Notes: generated by a model not told the origin, from the sequence alone. A DNA stretch of 63,801 bases from Actinomycetes bacterium (GCA_021808785.1 JAKBAX010000001.1:1-63801); one strand, 5' to 3'. Counted from the stretch's first letter, positions 1-8,670 are shown. A program made the numbers and translations.

Positions 1-258
1 CCGATCTCCCATCCCGGCGTGGTGGAAGCAGCCGTGCTGGCGAGCGACGACGAGGTGACCGGTGACGCGGTCTGGGCCGTGGTGGTGGCCGACGGGGAGA
101 CCGCGCTCGGCACCGCCGACCTGACCGCGTGGTGCCGCCGCAGCCTGGCCCCCTACAAGGTGCCGACCCGATGGACCTTCCTCGACCAGCCGTTACCGAG
201 GACGGCGACCGGAAAGGTTCTGAAGTCGGCCCTCCGGGGCCTCGACGCGTCCGGCTAG
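1..258 (+). CDS. Acyl-CoA synthetase (AMP-binding enzyme), C-terminal fragment; 5' end lies outside the window
   Basis: The frame is open from nt 1. It translates to ISHPGVVEAAVLASDDEVTGDAVWAVVV...LAPYKVPTRWTFLDQPLPRTATGKVLK, typical of the AMP-binding C-terminal domain with its conserved GK motif. TAG stop at 256-258. Confidence 0.85.
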   Translation, partial: PISHPGVVEAAVLASDDEVTGDAVWAVVVADGETALGTADLTAWCRRSLAPYKVPTRWTFLDQPLPRTATGKVLKSALRGLDASG

Positions 259-1529
259 AGCGGCCAGGCCGGGTCCTCGGGTACAGGGTGGCGGAACAAC
301 CGGGCCGCGTTGGCGTAGGTGAGCTTGCGGATCTGGTCGGTGGTGAGCCCGGGGTTGGTCTCGAAGCCGCGCCGGAGCGCTTCTTGGGTGTCGGGCCAGG
401 TGGTGTCCGAGTGCGGGTAGTCCACCTCGAGCATGACGTGGTCCTCGCCGATGCGGTCCAGCAAGCCCAGCGTGGACGGGTCGTCGAGCGAGCAGAACCA
501 GAAGTTCTCGGTCAGTATCTGTGACGGGGTGCGGTTCCCGACCCACTGCTCGTAGTCGGCCGTGCGACCGGCGTGGTCGAGCATGAAGTCGAGCCGGTCG
601 AGCAGCATCGGCACCCACCCCACGCCCCCTTCGGACAGGGCGATCTTCAGGTCGGGGTAGCGAGCCGGTACCCCCGACCACAGCCACTCCACGCAGGCCA
701 TCAGCGACAGTGCCGGGAAGAGGGTGACGTTCTTCTCGAAGCGGGGCCCGTCCGGTGGTAGTTGGGTCATGCCCGACGAACCGACGTGCAGGCAGACCAC
801 GGTCCCGGTCTCGGCGCAGGCCCGCATCACCGGATCCCAGTACAGGTCGTGGATGGGTGGATAGCCGATGCGGTGGGGAACCTCCGGGAACGAAACGGCG
901 GTGAAGCCCCGGGCCGCATTGCGCCGGATCTCCTCCGCCCCGATCCCCGGGTCGGCCAACCAGGTGATGCCGAGAGGGACGATCCGGTCGGGGTGGGCGC
1001 CGTGCCACTCCTCGTACATCCAGTCGTTCCACGCCTTCACCACCGCCACCCCCAGCTCCGGATCGGCCGAGCGCGACAGCACGGTCCCGGCGAAGCCGGT
1101 GATCTGCGACGGGAAGTTGACCGACGCCCAGATCCCGGCGATGTCCATGTCCCGCACCCGGGCGTGCACGTCGTAGCAGCCGGGCCGCATGTCGGCGAAG
1201 GAGGACGGCTCGTGGCGCAGCTTCAGGTGGTCCTTGTGGCCCACGGTGGCGTTCAGCCCGACCTGGAGGTACACCTGGTCCTCGTAGAGCCACGCCTGGC
1301 GGCCCTGCTCGTGCACGGTCATGGGAGGAAGGTCGCTGTGGGCCCGGCTGTAGGTGCCACCCTGCTCCAGTTCGATGACGCGGGGGAAGCGCCCGGCGAA
1401 GCGGGCCGGCTCCCGGCGCTCGAACAGCTCGGGGGGCTCCACCAGATGGTCGTCGACCGATATCACGGTGTAGCACCGCTCGCGGGGCTCGGGATCGACC
1501 AGGTAGTCCTCGGTGACAGGTGCGCTCAT
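255..1529 (-). CDS. Amidohydrolase_2 (ACMSD-like metal-dependent hydrolase/decarboxylase) family protein, subgroup A
   Basis: 424-aa ORF with ATG at 1529 and a GAGGAG RBS. N-terminal VISVDDHLVEPPELF and C-terminal EVDYPHSDTTWPDT motifs are shared with three paralogs in the window. Its stop overlaps the convergent gene by CTAG. Confidence 0.9.
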   Translation of the reverse strand: MSAPVTEDYLVDPEPRERCYTVISVDDHLVEPPELFERREPARFAGRFPRVIELEQGGTYSRAHSDLPPMTVHEQGRQAWLYEDQVYLQVGLNATVGHKDHLKLRHEPSSFADMRPGCYDVHARVRDMDIAGIWASVNFPSQITGFAGTVLSRSADPELGVAVVKAWNDWMYEEWHGAHPDRIVPLGITWLADPGIGAEEIRRNAARGFTAVSFPEVPHRIGYPPIHDLYWDPVMRACAETGTVVCLHVGSSGMTQLPPDGPRFEKNVTLFPALSLMACVEWLWSGVPARYPDLKIALSEGGVGWVPMLLDRLDFMLDHAGRTADYEQWVGNRTPSQILTENFWFCSLDDPSTLGLLDRIGEDHVMLEVDYPHSDTTWPDTQEALRRGFETNPGLTTDQIRKLTYANAARLFRHPVPEDPAWPL

Positions 1530-1541
1530 GGCTGTGCTCCT

Positions 1542-2303
1542 CTACAGGTTGGGGAGGAGGGCGCCGTCCACCAGTATGTCGATTCCCGACACGAACGACG
1601 CCTCGTCCGACATCAAGAACGCGACCACGGCGGCGATCTCCTCGGGCCGGCCCATCCTCTCCATGGGCGACTTCTGGTACATGTCGCGCATGGCCGGCTG
1701 CGTGTCCATCTCCAGCCGCCCCATCGGGGTGTCGATGAGACCGGGCGCCAGCGAATTGACCCGGCCGCCCCGTGTCGCCCAGCGGACGGCGGCGCGGGAC
1801 GCGAGCCGTACCACACCCCGCTTGGAGAGCGCGTAGGCGTGCCCGCTGTCGGCGACGGTGGGGACGACCCGGTCCAGGAAGTCGGGGGCTTCGGGCTCGT
1901 CCAGCAGGGCGTCCTGCTCGGGATTGGCGAACGGCGCTATCTGGTAAGCGGCCAGGGAGGAGAAGAGCACCGCCGCGGTGCCGGTGGTGACCATGGGCTC
2001 GAAGGCCTCGACCAAGAGCTGGGTACCCACCAGATTGACCTCCAACACCCGCCGGGCGTCGCCCATGGCCGGCGAGATGCCGGCCGCGTGGACCAGACCC
2101 CGGAAGTCGCCCAGATCGGATACCGCCCCGATCAGGGCGGCCACCGCGGTGGGATCCGACACGTCGCAGGCCACGCCGAAGGTGCCGTCGATGTCGGGTG
2201 CCTCGAGGTCCACTGCCACCAGGTGGTCGGCCCGGCCCCGCAGACGGTCGACGCAGCTGCGGCCCATCCCGCTGGCCGAACCTGTCACCACGGTGAAAGA
2301 CAT
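1542..2303 (-). CDS. Short-chain dehydrogenase/reductase (SDR)
   Basis: 253-aa ORF with ATG at 2303 and a GGGGGAGGAG RBS. Carries VTGSASGMG (Rossmann glycine motif) and YALSK (YxxxK). Lies 12 nt upstream of the amidohydrolase. Confidence 0.9.
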   Translation of the reverse strand: MSFTVVTGSASGMGRSCVDRLRGRADHLVAVDLEAPDIDGTFGVACDVSDPTAVAALIGAVSDLGDFRGLVHAAGISPAMGDARRVLEVNLVGTQLLVEAFEPMVTTGTAAVLFSSLAAYQIAPFANPEQDALLDEPEAPDFLDRVVPTVADSGHAYALSKRGVVRLASRAAVRWATRGGRVNSLAPGLIDTPMGRLEMDTQPAMRDMYQKSPMERMGRPEEIAAVVAFLMSDEASFVSGIDILVDGALLPNL

Positions 2304-2350
2304 GCTCTGCTCCTCCCCCAGACGGCGCCGACCGGTGATGGCACTGAGCG

Positions 2351-2440
2351 GTCCAGAACAAACTTCCGTGATGCATTTCCAGTCCCACAGCAGGTTAGAT
2401 GACGGATCATCAATGCATCACCGGAAGTTTTGTTTCGGAC
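2351..2440. repeat. Long imperfect inverted repeat (26/28-nt arms, 36-nt spacer) in an intra-operon gap
   Basis: Left arm 2351-2376 is gtccagaacaaacttccgtgatgcat. Right arm 2413-2440 is atgcatcaccggaagttttgtttcggac. The reverse complement of the left arm matches the right arm except for three single-nt indels. The segment is locally AT-rich and abuts the carboxyltransferase stop codon (2443). Confidence 0.7.
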
Positions 2441-2442
2441 CA

Positions 2443-3948
2443 CTATGGCACGATCGCCGTCCGGGCTGCAGGTTGGGCCGGTGCCTGGCGGCGGTACAAG
2501 GCCCGCTCCAGCGAGTGCAGGAGGCGGTCGCGGGTCTCCACCGGGCTGATCATCTCGTCCTGGCCGAAGCTCTGAGCCGAGCGGTACGAGGCCTCGACCT
2601 CGAGGCGGCGCAGCAGAGTCGCCTCGTCCTCGTCGGAGCCCCGGGCCCGGCTCATGGCGGCCGCCCCCATGGCTCCCATGGTCGCACCGGGGTAGGTGAA
2701 GGTGGCCGACTGGCCGTCGAAGCCGATCATGCCCATGACCATGGACCCAAAGCCGTAGGCCTTGCGCATGACGACGGTCAGCTTCGGTACCCGGGCCTGC
2801 GTCTGGGCCGCGAACATGCGGGCCCCGCTGCGCAGGATGCCCTGGCGTTCGGACTGGCTCCCCGGCATGACCCCGGGGTTGTCGGCCAGGAAGATGATGG
2901 GCAGGTGGAAGGAGTCGGCCACGGTGATGAAATGGGCGGCCTTGTCCGCTCCGTCGGCATCGACCGAGCCGGCCAGCACCTGTGGCTGGTTGGCCACCAC
3001 CGCCACCGGGTGGCCGCCCAGACGGGCCAGCGTGCAGATCAGTGACCGCCCGAAGTCGGGTTGCACTTCGAAGAGGGACCCTTCGTCGAAGACCACGTCG
3101 ATGACATGGCGCATGTCGTACACCCGCCGGCCGTTTCGGGGCACGATGTCGAGCAGCTCCGGGACGGGCCGGAACCCGTCGTCGCCGCCTGGGACGTCGA
3201 GTGGATAGGACCAGGCCGACGACGGGAAGTAGCGCAGGTAGGTCCGCACCTGGTCGAGAGCGGTCTCGTCGTCGGCCGCCTCGTTGTGCACCAGCCCGCT
3301 CGCCACCGCCACCTTCGGCCCGCCCAGGTCCTCCTTGGCGATCTGCTCACCGAGCGACTCGTAGACGACCGGGGGCCCGGCGGTGAAGATGGACGCCTGG
3401 GTGCTCATCACGGTGAAGTCCGACATGGGGGCGACCAGCGCGCCGTGGCCGGCGGATGCGCCGAGTACGGCGGTGATCAGCGGCACCCGGCCCGAGCACC
3501 GGCTCTGGGCGATGAGGTCGGTCGGGGTGCGGGTGTGGGCCCGCCCGTCAGCCCGGAACCCGGCCCCCTCCAGCATCATCACCAGAGGGACGCGGTCCAA
3601 CACGGCGATCTCCGCCACCCGGTAGCGCTTGGCGTTGGCGGCCGAGCTGATGGTGCCGGCCAGAACGGTGAAGTCCTCGGCGGCCACCATGACCGGCCGC
3701 CCTTCGATGGTCCCCGATCCGATGACCACCGCATCGGCGGGCGCCTCGGCGCCGCCGACCAGGGTGCCGACCTCGGCGAACGAGCCGGGGTCGACCAGAC
3801 GGGCGATCCGGGCCCGAGCGTCGAGCTTGCCCGCGTCGTGGTGCCGGCTCAGCCGGGCTTCGCCCCCCATGGCCCGGGACTCCGCCCGGCGGGCCTGCAG
3901 ATTGTGAAGGACATCGTCCCAGCTGTCGGAGCCCTCGTCGTCGGCCAT
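2443..3948 (-). CDS. Acyl-CoA carboxylase carboxyltransferase (beta) subunit family protein
   Basis: 501-aa ORF with an ATG start. The N-terminus RLSRHHDAGKLDARARIARLVDPGSFAEVG and the internal FLADNPGVMPG are typical of PccB/AccD-type carboxyltransferases. No biotin carboxylase or BCCP gene is in the window. Confidence 0.85.
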   Translation of the reverse strand: MADDEGSDSWDDVLHNLQARRAESRAMGGEARLSRHHDAGKLDARARIARLVDPGSFAEVGTLVGGAEAPADAVVIGSGTIEGRPVMVAAEDFTVLAGTISSAANAKRYRVAEIAVLDRVPLVMMLEGAGFRADGRAHTRTPTDLIAQSRCSGRVPLITAVLGASAGHGALVAPMSDFTVMSTQASIFTAGPPVVYESLGEQIAKEDLGGPKVAVASGLVHNEAADDETALDQVRTYLRYFPSSAWSYPLDVPGGDDGFRPVPELLDIVPRNGRRVYDMRHVIDVVFDEGSLFEVQPDFGRSLICTLARLGGHPVAVVANQPQVLAGSVDADGADKAAHFITVADSFHLPIIFLADNPGVMPGSQSERQGILRSGARMFAAQTQARVPKLTVVMRKAYGFGSMVMGMIGFDGQSATFTYPGATMGAMGAAAMSRARGSDEDEATLLRRLEVEASYRSAQSFGQDEMISPVETRDRLLHSLERALYRRQAPAQPAARTAIVP

Positions 3949-3960
3949 CGGCGGGTCCTT

Positions 3961-4788
3961 CTAGCGGCCCGAGAAGTTCGGGGGACGCCGCTCGGCGTAG
4001 GCGGTGAACGCCTCCCGACTGTCGTCGGTACCGACGTTCACGCTCTGGGCCACGGCCTCGGCCTCGAGGGCCTGGAGGAGCGAACCCTGGCCGGCATGGT
4101 CGAGTTGGCGCTTCATCAGCGAGATGGCGATGGGCGGCCCCGACGCCACCGCAGTGGCGATCTCGGCGGTGGCCGCGTCCAGCCGGTCGACCGGGACCAC
4201 CGCATTGACCAGGCCCAGGTCCAATGCCTCGGCGGCGCTCACCATCCGAGCCGTGAACGCCAGCTCCTTGGCCCTGTGCACACCGAGCCTCTGGCGCAGA
4301 AGCCAGGACGTGCCGAAGTCCAGGCTCAGCCCCCGTTTGGCGAATATGGCGCAGAAGCGGGCCCGGTCGGAGCACCACACCATGTCGGCGGCCAGCGCCA
4401 GACCCAGCCCGGCGCCCACGCAGACCCCGTCCACCTTGGCGATCACCGGCACGGGGCAACTGTGCAGAGCCACCACTACGTCACCGAGGACCCGCATACC
4501 GTCCAGGTTGTTGCCCCCACGGGGACCGGGCCCGGCGCCGTCGGCCTTGCGGGTCGCCACCCCGGTCAGGTCGGCCCCGGCGCAGAACTCGCCTCCTGCC
4601 CCGGTCAGCACGATCACCCGGGCCCCGGAGGTCGACAGGTCCCGGAACGTGGCGCCGATGGCCACCCACATGTCGCCGGTGCAGGCGTTCTTGGTGGCCG
4701 GTCGGTTCAAGGTCACGGTGGCCACCGGGCCGTCGAGGGCGACCAGCACGTCCGGGTGGTAGGAGGGCCGTTCGTCTGGCACGGTCAA
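3961..4788 (-). CDS. Enoyl-CoA hydratase/isomerase (crotonase) family protein
   Basis: 275-aa ORF. VATVTLNRPATKNA and LTGAGGEFCAGADL are crotonase-fold motifs. The start is uncertain: TTG at 4788 or GTG at 4782, with no clear RBS. Confidence 0.85.
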   Translation of the reverse strand: MTVPDERPSYHPDVLVALDGPVATVTLNRPATKNACTGDMWVAIGATFRDLSTSGARVIVLTGAGGEFCAGADLTGVATRKADGAGPGPRGGNNLDGMRVLGDVVVALHSCPVPVIAKVDGVCVGAGLGLALAADMVWCSDRARFCAIFAKRGLSLDFGTSWLLRQRLGVHRAKELAFTARMVSAAEALDLGLVNAVVPVDRLDAATAEIATAVASGPPIAISLMKRQLDHAGQGSLLQALEAEAVAQSVNVGTDDSREAFTAYAERRPPNFSGR

Positions 4789-4853
4789 AAGGTCTACATG
4801 TGTGCCGCCCGACCGTCAAGCTGCCGGTCGGCCGCTGTGTCCCTCGAGCCCTC

Positions 4854-4951
4854 GGCACGGCCGGGCCGGCACCCGGCACCCGGCACCTGTCACCCGGCAC
4901 CCGGCACCTGTCACCCGGCACCTGGCACCCGGCACCCGGCACCCGGCACGA
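4854..4951. repeat. Tandem heptamer array, consensus GGCACCC, about 12-13 units
   Basis: Read directly from the sequence: 4868 ggcaccc ggcaccc ggcacct gtcaccc ggcaccc ggcacct gtcaccc ggcacct ggcaccc ggcaccc ggcaccc ggcacga 4951, preceded by the degenerate units ggcacgg and ccgggcc. The 21-bp unit 4875-4895 is repeated exactly at 4896-4916. The array sits between the divergent crotonase (start 4788) and P450 (start 5080) genes. Confidence 0.9.
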
Positions 4952-5079
4952 GGAAGAGGTCTACCCGCCTGACCACGCACATTCGAGCCCCGACCGGGGT
5001 ACGGTCGTGGGCGGCGGTCGAGGTCCGGCCGCCGGCCCGGTGCGCCGCCGGGACACCGACGGATCGCGGGGGGAGCGCC

Positions 5080-6333
5080 GTGGCCGCTGACAGAGCTGAG
5101 GTCTCGTTCGATCACCAGTCGCTGAGCTGGCTGGCCGACCGTCATCAGCACAACGATGAGCTGCGGGCCCGGTGCCCGGTGGTCTGGAACCAGAAGCACG
5201 GCGGCTTCTGGTTCGTGTCCGGCTACGACGAGGTCGTCGCCGTGGCCCGCGACAGCGAGACCTTCACGCCGCGCTACGAGGTGGAGTCGACCGATGGCTT
5301 GGGCTACATCGGCATCATGGGGATACCGCGGCGAGAGGGGATGCCACCCATCGGTATCGCCGAGGCCGAGGGTCGCCGCCACGCCGCCTTGCGCCGGGTC
5401 ATCAACCCCTACATGCTCCCACCGGCCGTGGCCGCTGATCGCCCGTTCTTGGAGCAGGCGGCCTCATGGTTCTTGGACCAGCAGATCGAGTCCGGGGCGA
5501 TGGAGATGATCCATGACTTCACCGGTCCGGTCCCGGCCCTGTGGACCATGCGCCTGCTGGGCCTGCCGGCGACCATGTGGGAGCACTACGCGGCGTACTT
5601 CCACGCCACCGCGGCCTTCGGGCCGGATCGCGACGAGTACAAAAGTGCCGTGAGCCGAACTCCGGAGATGATCGCCGAGCTGATCGAGGTCATCGAAGCC
5701 CGCCGGAAGGCTCCCGGTGCCGATCTGATGTCACAGCTCGTGACCGTCGAAGTGGACGGTGAGCCGCTCGCCAACGACGAGCTCATTGCCGTGCTGTGGA
5801 ATCTCATCGGGGGAGGCCTCGACACGACCACTTCGCTGACCGCCCTGGCGCTGGTGCACATGGAGCAGCACCCCGCCCTCCGGCAGCGCCTGATCGACGA
5901 GCCGGATTTGGTGCCGACCGCCTGCGAGGAGTACCTGCGCTGGACGTCGGTCAACGAGACGCTCACCCGTACCTGCACCCGCGATACCGAGCTGGCGGGC
6001 CAGGAGTTGCACCGCGGCGATTTCGTCATGATCAGCTGGCTGGGCGCCAATTTCGACCCGGCCGTCTTCGACCGGCCCTATGACGTCGACCTCGACCGGG
6101 GCACCAACGCGCACATCGCCTTCGGGCTGGGCGCCCACCGCTGCATCGGGCTGCACGTGGCCCGCAGCCTGTTCGAGATCATGGTGAGCGAGGTGCTGTC
6201 GCGCATCCCCGACTACCGGGTGGACCGGCGACGGACCAGGTTCTACCAGGGGAACCCTGAGCTCTACGGTGTGGTCTCGATGCCAGTCGAGTTCACGCCG
6301 GGCCAGCCGGTCGGCACCGCCCGGCCATTCTGA
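5080..6333 (+). CDS. Cytochrome P450
   Basis: This is the C-terminal 417 codons of the 1090-aa track ORF. GTG at 5080 is preceded by GGGGGGA. Carries HGGFWFVSGYDEVVAVARDSETF and the heme loop FGLGAHRCIGLHVA. The upstream part of the ORF is Arg/Gly/Pro-rich antisense shadow. Confidence 0.9.
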   Translation: MAADRAEVSFDHQSLSWLADRHQHNDELRARCPVVWNQKHGGFWFVSGYDEVVAVARDSETFTPRYEVESTDGLGYIGIMGIPRREGMPPIGIAEAEGRRHAALRRVINPYMLPPAVAADRPFLEQAASWFLDQQIESGAMEMIHDFTGPVPALWTMRLLGLPATMWEHYAAYFHATAAFGPDRDEYKSAVSRTPEMIAELIEVIEARRKAPGADLMSQLVTVEVDGEPLANDELIAVLWNLIGGGLDTTTSLTALALVHMEQHPALRQRLIDEPDLVPTACEEYLRWTSVNETLTRTCTRDTELAGQELHRGDFVMISWLGANFDPAVFDRPYDVDLDRGTNAHIAFGLGAHRCIGLHVARSLFEIMVSEVLSRIPDYRVDRRRTRFYQGNPELYGVVSMPVEFTPGQPVGTARPF

Positions 6334-6334
6334 A

Positions 6335-6356
6335 CCGGATCCCGACACTGATCCGG
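6335..6356 (+). terminator. Hairpin just after the P450 stop
   Basis: ccggatc-ccgacact-gatccgg begins 2 nt after the TGA (6331-6333) and is followed by the palindrome ggaccgggtcc. The stem is weak and there is no U-tract. Confidence 0.3.
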
Positions 6357-6414
6357 GGACCGGGTCCGCCCCCGGGCCGTTCGACACCAGCTCGGAAGTG
6401 GGTATACCCTCTTC

Positions 6415-6431
6415 GTAGAACGTTGATCTAC
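6415..6431. promoter_or_regulatory. Imperfect palindrome GTAGAACGTTGATCTAC upstream of the amidohydrolase at 6479
   Basis: The outer arms GTAGA/TCTAC flank an AACGTT core, 48 nt upstream of the ATG. It looks like a TetR-type operator. Confidence 0.3.
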
Positions 6432-6478
6432 CTCGGATCCCGCTTCGGTGACTCCGGGAGGCCTGCGAGGGGATACCT

Positions 6479-7690
6479 ATGGAAGCGAATGCACCCGAGT
6501 TGGACTGGCTGGTGTCGGTCGACGACCACGTGATCGAGCCGCCGAACGTGTGGGTCGACCGTCTGCCGGCCAAGTACCACGACGCGGGGCCGCGGATGCT
6601 GGGCGACGACTCGTGGGTCTACGAGGACAAGAAGGTGCCGACGTCGGGCCTGTCGGTCACGATCGGCAAGCGCAAGGAGGACTTCAGCCCCGAGCCCGTG
6701 CCCTACTCGGAGATGCCGGCCGGGGCCTACGACCCGGTGGCCCGGGTGGCCGACATGGACCGGGCCGGCATCCTCGGCTCCCTGTGCTTCCCGTCGTTCC
6801 CCCGCTTCTGCGGGCAGATCTTCTGGGAGGCCAAGGACAAGGAGCTGGCCCTGCTCTGCGTGCGGGCCTACAACGACTGGATGATCGACGAGTGGTGCGG
6901 GACCATCCCGGGCCGGTTCATCCCGTTGATCATCATCCCGCTGTGGGATCCGCAGGCCGCCGCGGTCGAGATGGAGCGCTGCGCAGCCAAGGGCGCCACG
7001 GCATTCGCCTTCTCGGAGAACCCCGAGCCGCTCGGGCTGCCCACAATTCACGATCCGAACCGGTACTGGGACCCGGTGATGGCCGCGGCCCAGGACACCC
7101 AGATGGTGGTCTGCATGCACGTCGGTTCCTCGTCCACCATGCCGGTGATCTCCTCCGACGCCCCTGGCCTGGCCAACTTGACCTTCGGCGCGGTGCGGGC
7201 GGCCGGCACCATGCTGGCCTGGCTGTTCAGCGACTACTTCGAGCGCATGCCGGGACTGAAGATCGCCCTGTCGGAGGGCAACATCGGCTGGATGCCGTAC
7301 TTCATCGAGCGAGCCGAGCAGGTCATCGACAAGCAGCGGCACTGGGCCAAGAAGACCTCGACCGCGTTCTACAACAACGAAGTGGACAAGGTGCAGCTGA
7401 CCGCCGACCTGGACCGCCTCGACGTCCGCGCCACAATCCGCGAGCACATCTTCGGCTGTTTCATCGAGGAATCATCGGGCCTGCGCTCCCTCGACATCAT
7501 CGGGGAGGACAACGTCATGCTCGAGACCGACTACCCCCACAGCGACACCACCTGGCCCGACAGTATGAAGGTGGCCAAGAAGCTGCTCGCGGGCCTGCCT
7601 CCCGAGACGCAGTACAAGATCCAGCGCGGCAACGCGGAGCGCCTGTACCGCTTCACGCCGGCCACTCCGAGCATGGTCCCGGCCCTCTAG
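6479..7690 (+). CDS. Amidohydrolase_2 family protein, subgroup A
   Basis: 403-aa ORF with ATG at 6479 and a GCGAGGGGA RBS. Carries LVSVDDHVIEPPNVW and ETDYPHSDTTWPDS. Confidence 0.9.
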   Translation: MEANAPELDWLVSVDDHVIEPPNVWVDRLPAKYHDAGPRMLGDDSWVYEDKKVPTSGLSVTIGKRKEDFSPEPVPYSEMPAGAYDPVARVADMDRAGILGSLCFPSFPRFCGQIFWEAKDKELALLCVRAYNDWMIDEWCGTIPGRFIPLIIIPLWDPQAAAVEMERCAAKGATAFAFSENPEPLGLPTIHDPNRYWDPVMAAAQDTQMVVCMHVGSSSTMPVISSDAPGLANLTFGAVRAAGTMLAWLFSDYFERMPGLKIALSEGNIGWMPYFIERAEQVIDKQRHWAKKTSTAFYNNEVDKVQLTADLDRLDVRATIREHIFGCFIEESSGLRSLDIIGEDNVMLETDYPHSDTTWPDSMKVAKKLLAGLPPETQYKIQRGNAERLYRFTPATPSMVPAL

Positions 7691-7718
7691 CTCACGCTTC
7701 GCTTCTCTGACCCACGGC

Positions 7719-8657
7719 CTACCCGCTGAGCGCGCCGGCGATCTCCCCGAGCGGATCCTCGTGTCTGTCACCGAGGGGCAAGGGCCGGAGAAGCACCTCG
7801 TCCGCTCCGAGGGAGAACATCTCCTGTATCCGCTCGGCAACCCGCTCCGGCGTGCCCCAGGCGATCACGTGATCGACGAGATGGTCGGTCCAGATCCCAC
7901 CGGCGGCCTCGTCGAAGCCGGCTCTGATCAACATCTGTTGGTAGGCGGGGAAGGCGATGTTGGGGACACCGGCGCGGACCGCGTCCCGAACGGGTCCGGC
8001 CCTCTCGCTCACACAGACGGCCAGGTGGGCGACGAGCGGGGGTCGGGGGCGGCCGGCCCCGTCGGCGCCTCTGGTCAGGGCCGGGACGGCGTGCCGGGCC
8101 AGGTAGGCGGCGGGGCAGAGCCAGGTGATGGCCCCGTCGGCGCGGGCGCCGGCCAGCTCGAAGGTCCGAGGCTGAAGGGCGCCCACCATGACCGCAACGG
8201 TGACTACCCGACCGAGGCCCGTTCTCACCTGGAAGTGCTCGCCGTGAAAGTCGATCGCCTGGCCGGCGAACAGCGACCGCAGGATGTCCACGTACTCAGT
8301 CAAATGTTCGAAGGGCGCCGTATGAGGGAGTCCGAGCAGTGCCATCACCGCGGCGTGGCTGGGGCCCACGCCGAGGCGTAGGCGGCCCGGCGCCAACTGA
8401 TCCACCACGTTGGCCTCGGCGGCCAGGACGGCCGGATGGCGGGGGTAGGTCTGGACCACCGACGTGCCCAGCCGTAACGAGGGGCAGCGCAGCGCCAGGG
8501 CGGCCAGGAGGGGCATGCAGTCCTCGGGCCCACCGTTGGTCAACCAGGCTGCTCCGTAGCCGAGGTTCTCGATGCCTTGCGACGCCTGAAGAACAGTCTC
8601 GACCCCGCTCACCCGATTGACCACTATCCCGACGCGGGACAACCCGCTGACGACCAT
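7719..8657 (-). CDS. LLM-class (luciferase-like) flavin/F420-dependent oxidoreductase
   Basis: 312-aa ORF with ATG at 8657. IENLGYGAAWLTN...GRLRLGVGPSH...GADEVLL are typical of LLM/F420-dependent oxidoreductases. Confidence 0.8.
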   Translation of the reverse strand: MVVSGLSRVGIVVNRVSGVETVLQASQGIENLGYGAAWLTNGGPEDCMPLLAALALRCPSLRLGTSVVQTYPRHPAVLAAEANVVDQLAPGRLRLGVGPSHAAVMALLGLPHTAPFEHLTEYVDILRSLFAGQAIDFHGEHFQVRTGLGRVVTVAVMVGALQPRTFELAGARADGAITWLCPAAYLARHAVPALTRGADGAGRPRPPLVAHLAVCVSERAGPVRDAVRAGVPNIAFPAYQQMLIRAGFDEAAGGIWTDHLVDHVIAWGTPERVAERIQEMFSLGADEVLLRPLPLGDRHEDPLGEIAGALSG

Positions 8658-8670
8658 GTTCCCAGCCTAG

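Noticed and set aside
193-2402. Very long ORFs overlapping annotated genes: 193..2388 (-) at 731 aa and 762..2402 (+) at 546 aa.
   Set aside because: Their translations are Arg/Gly/Pro/His-rich low-complexity strings with no recognisable motifs. They lie antisense or out of frame to ORFs with clear family signatures (amidohydrolase, SDR). These are typical shadow ORFs of high-GC DNA.
2351-2440. The inverted-repeat element as a MITE.
   Set aside because: It has no flanking target-site duplication (gagcg versus cacta) and no second copy in the window. It cannot be excluded without a genome-wide search, so it is reported only as an inverted repeat.
4854-4951. The heptamer array as a CRISPR or other spacer-containing array.
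   Set aside because: The units are 7 bp and directly abutting, with no spacers, and no cas genes are in the window.
3061-5079. The upstream two-thirds of the 1090-aa ORF 3061..6333 (+).
   Set aside because: Only the last 417 codons (from GTG at 5080) look like a P450. The rest is antisense to the carboxyltransferase and crotonase genes, runs straight through the heptamer array, and is compositionally shadow-like.
4800-5090. A repeat-containing peptide ORF (..PGTRHLSPGTRHLSPGTWHPAPGTRH..) spanning the heptamer array.
   Set aside because: The 7-nt DNA period makes every frame give a 7-aa periodic peptide. There is no RBS, and the region is a divergent promoter gap. The periodicity is a DNA-level feature, not a repeat protein.
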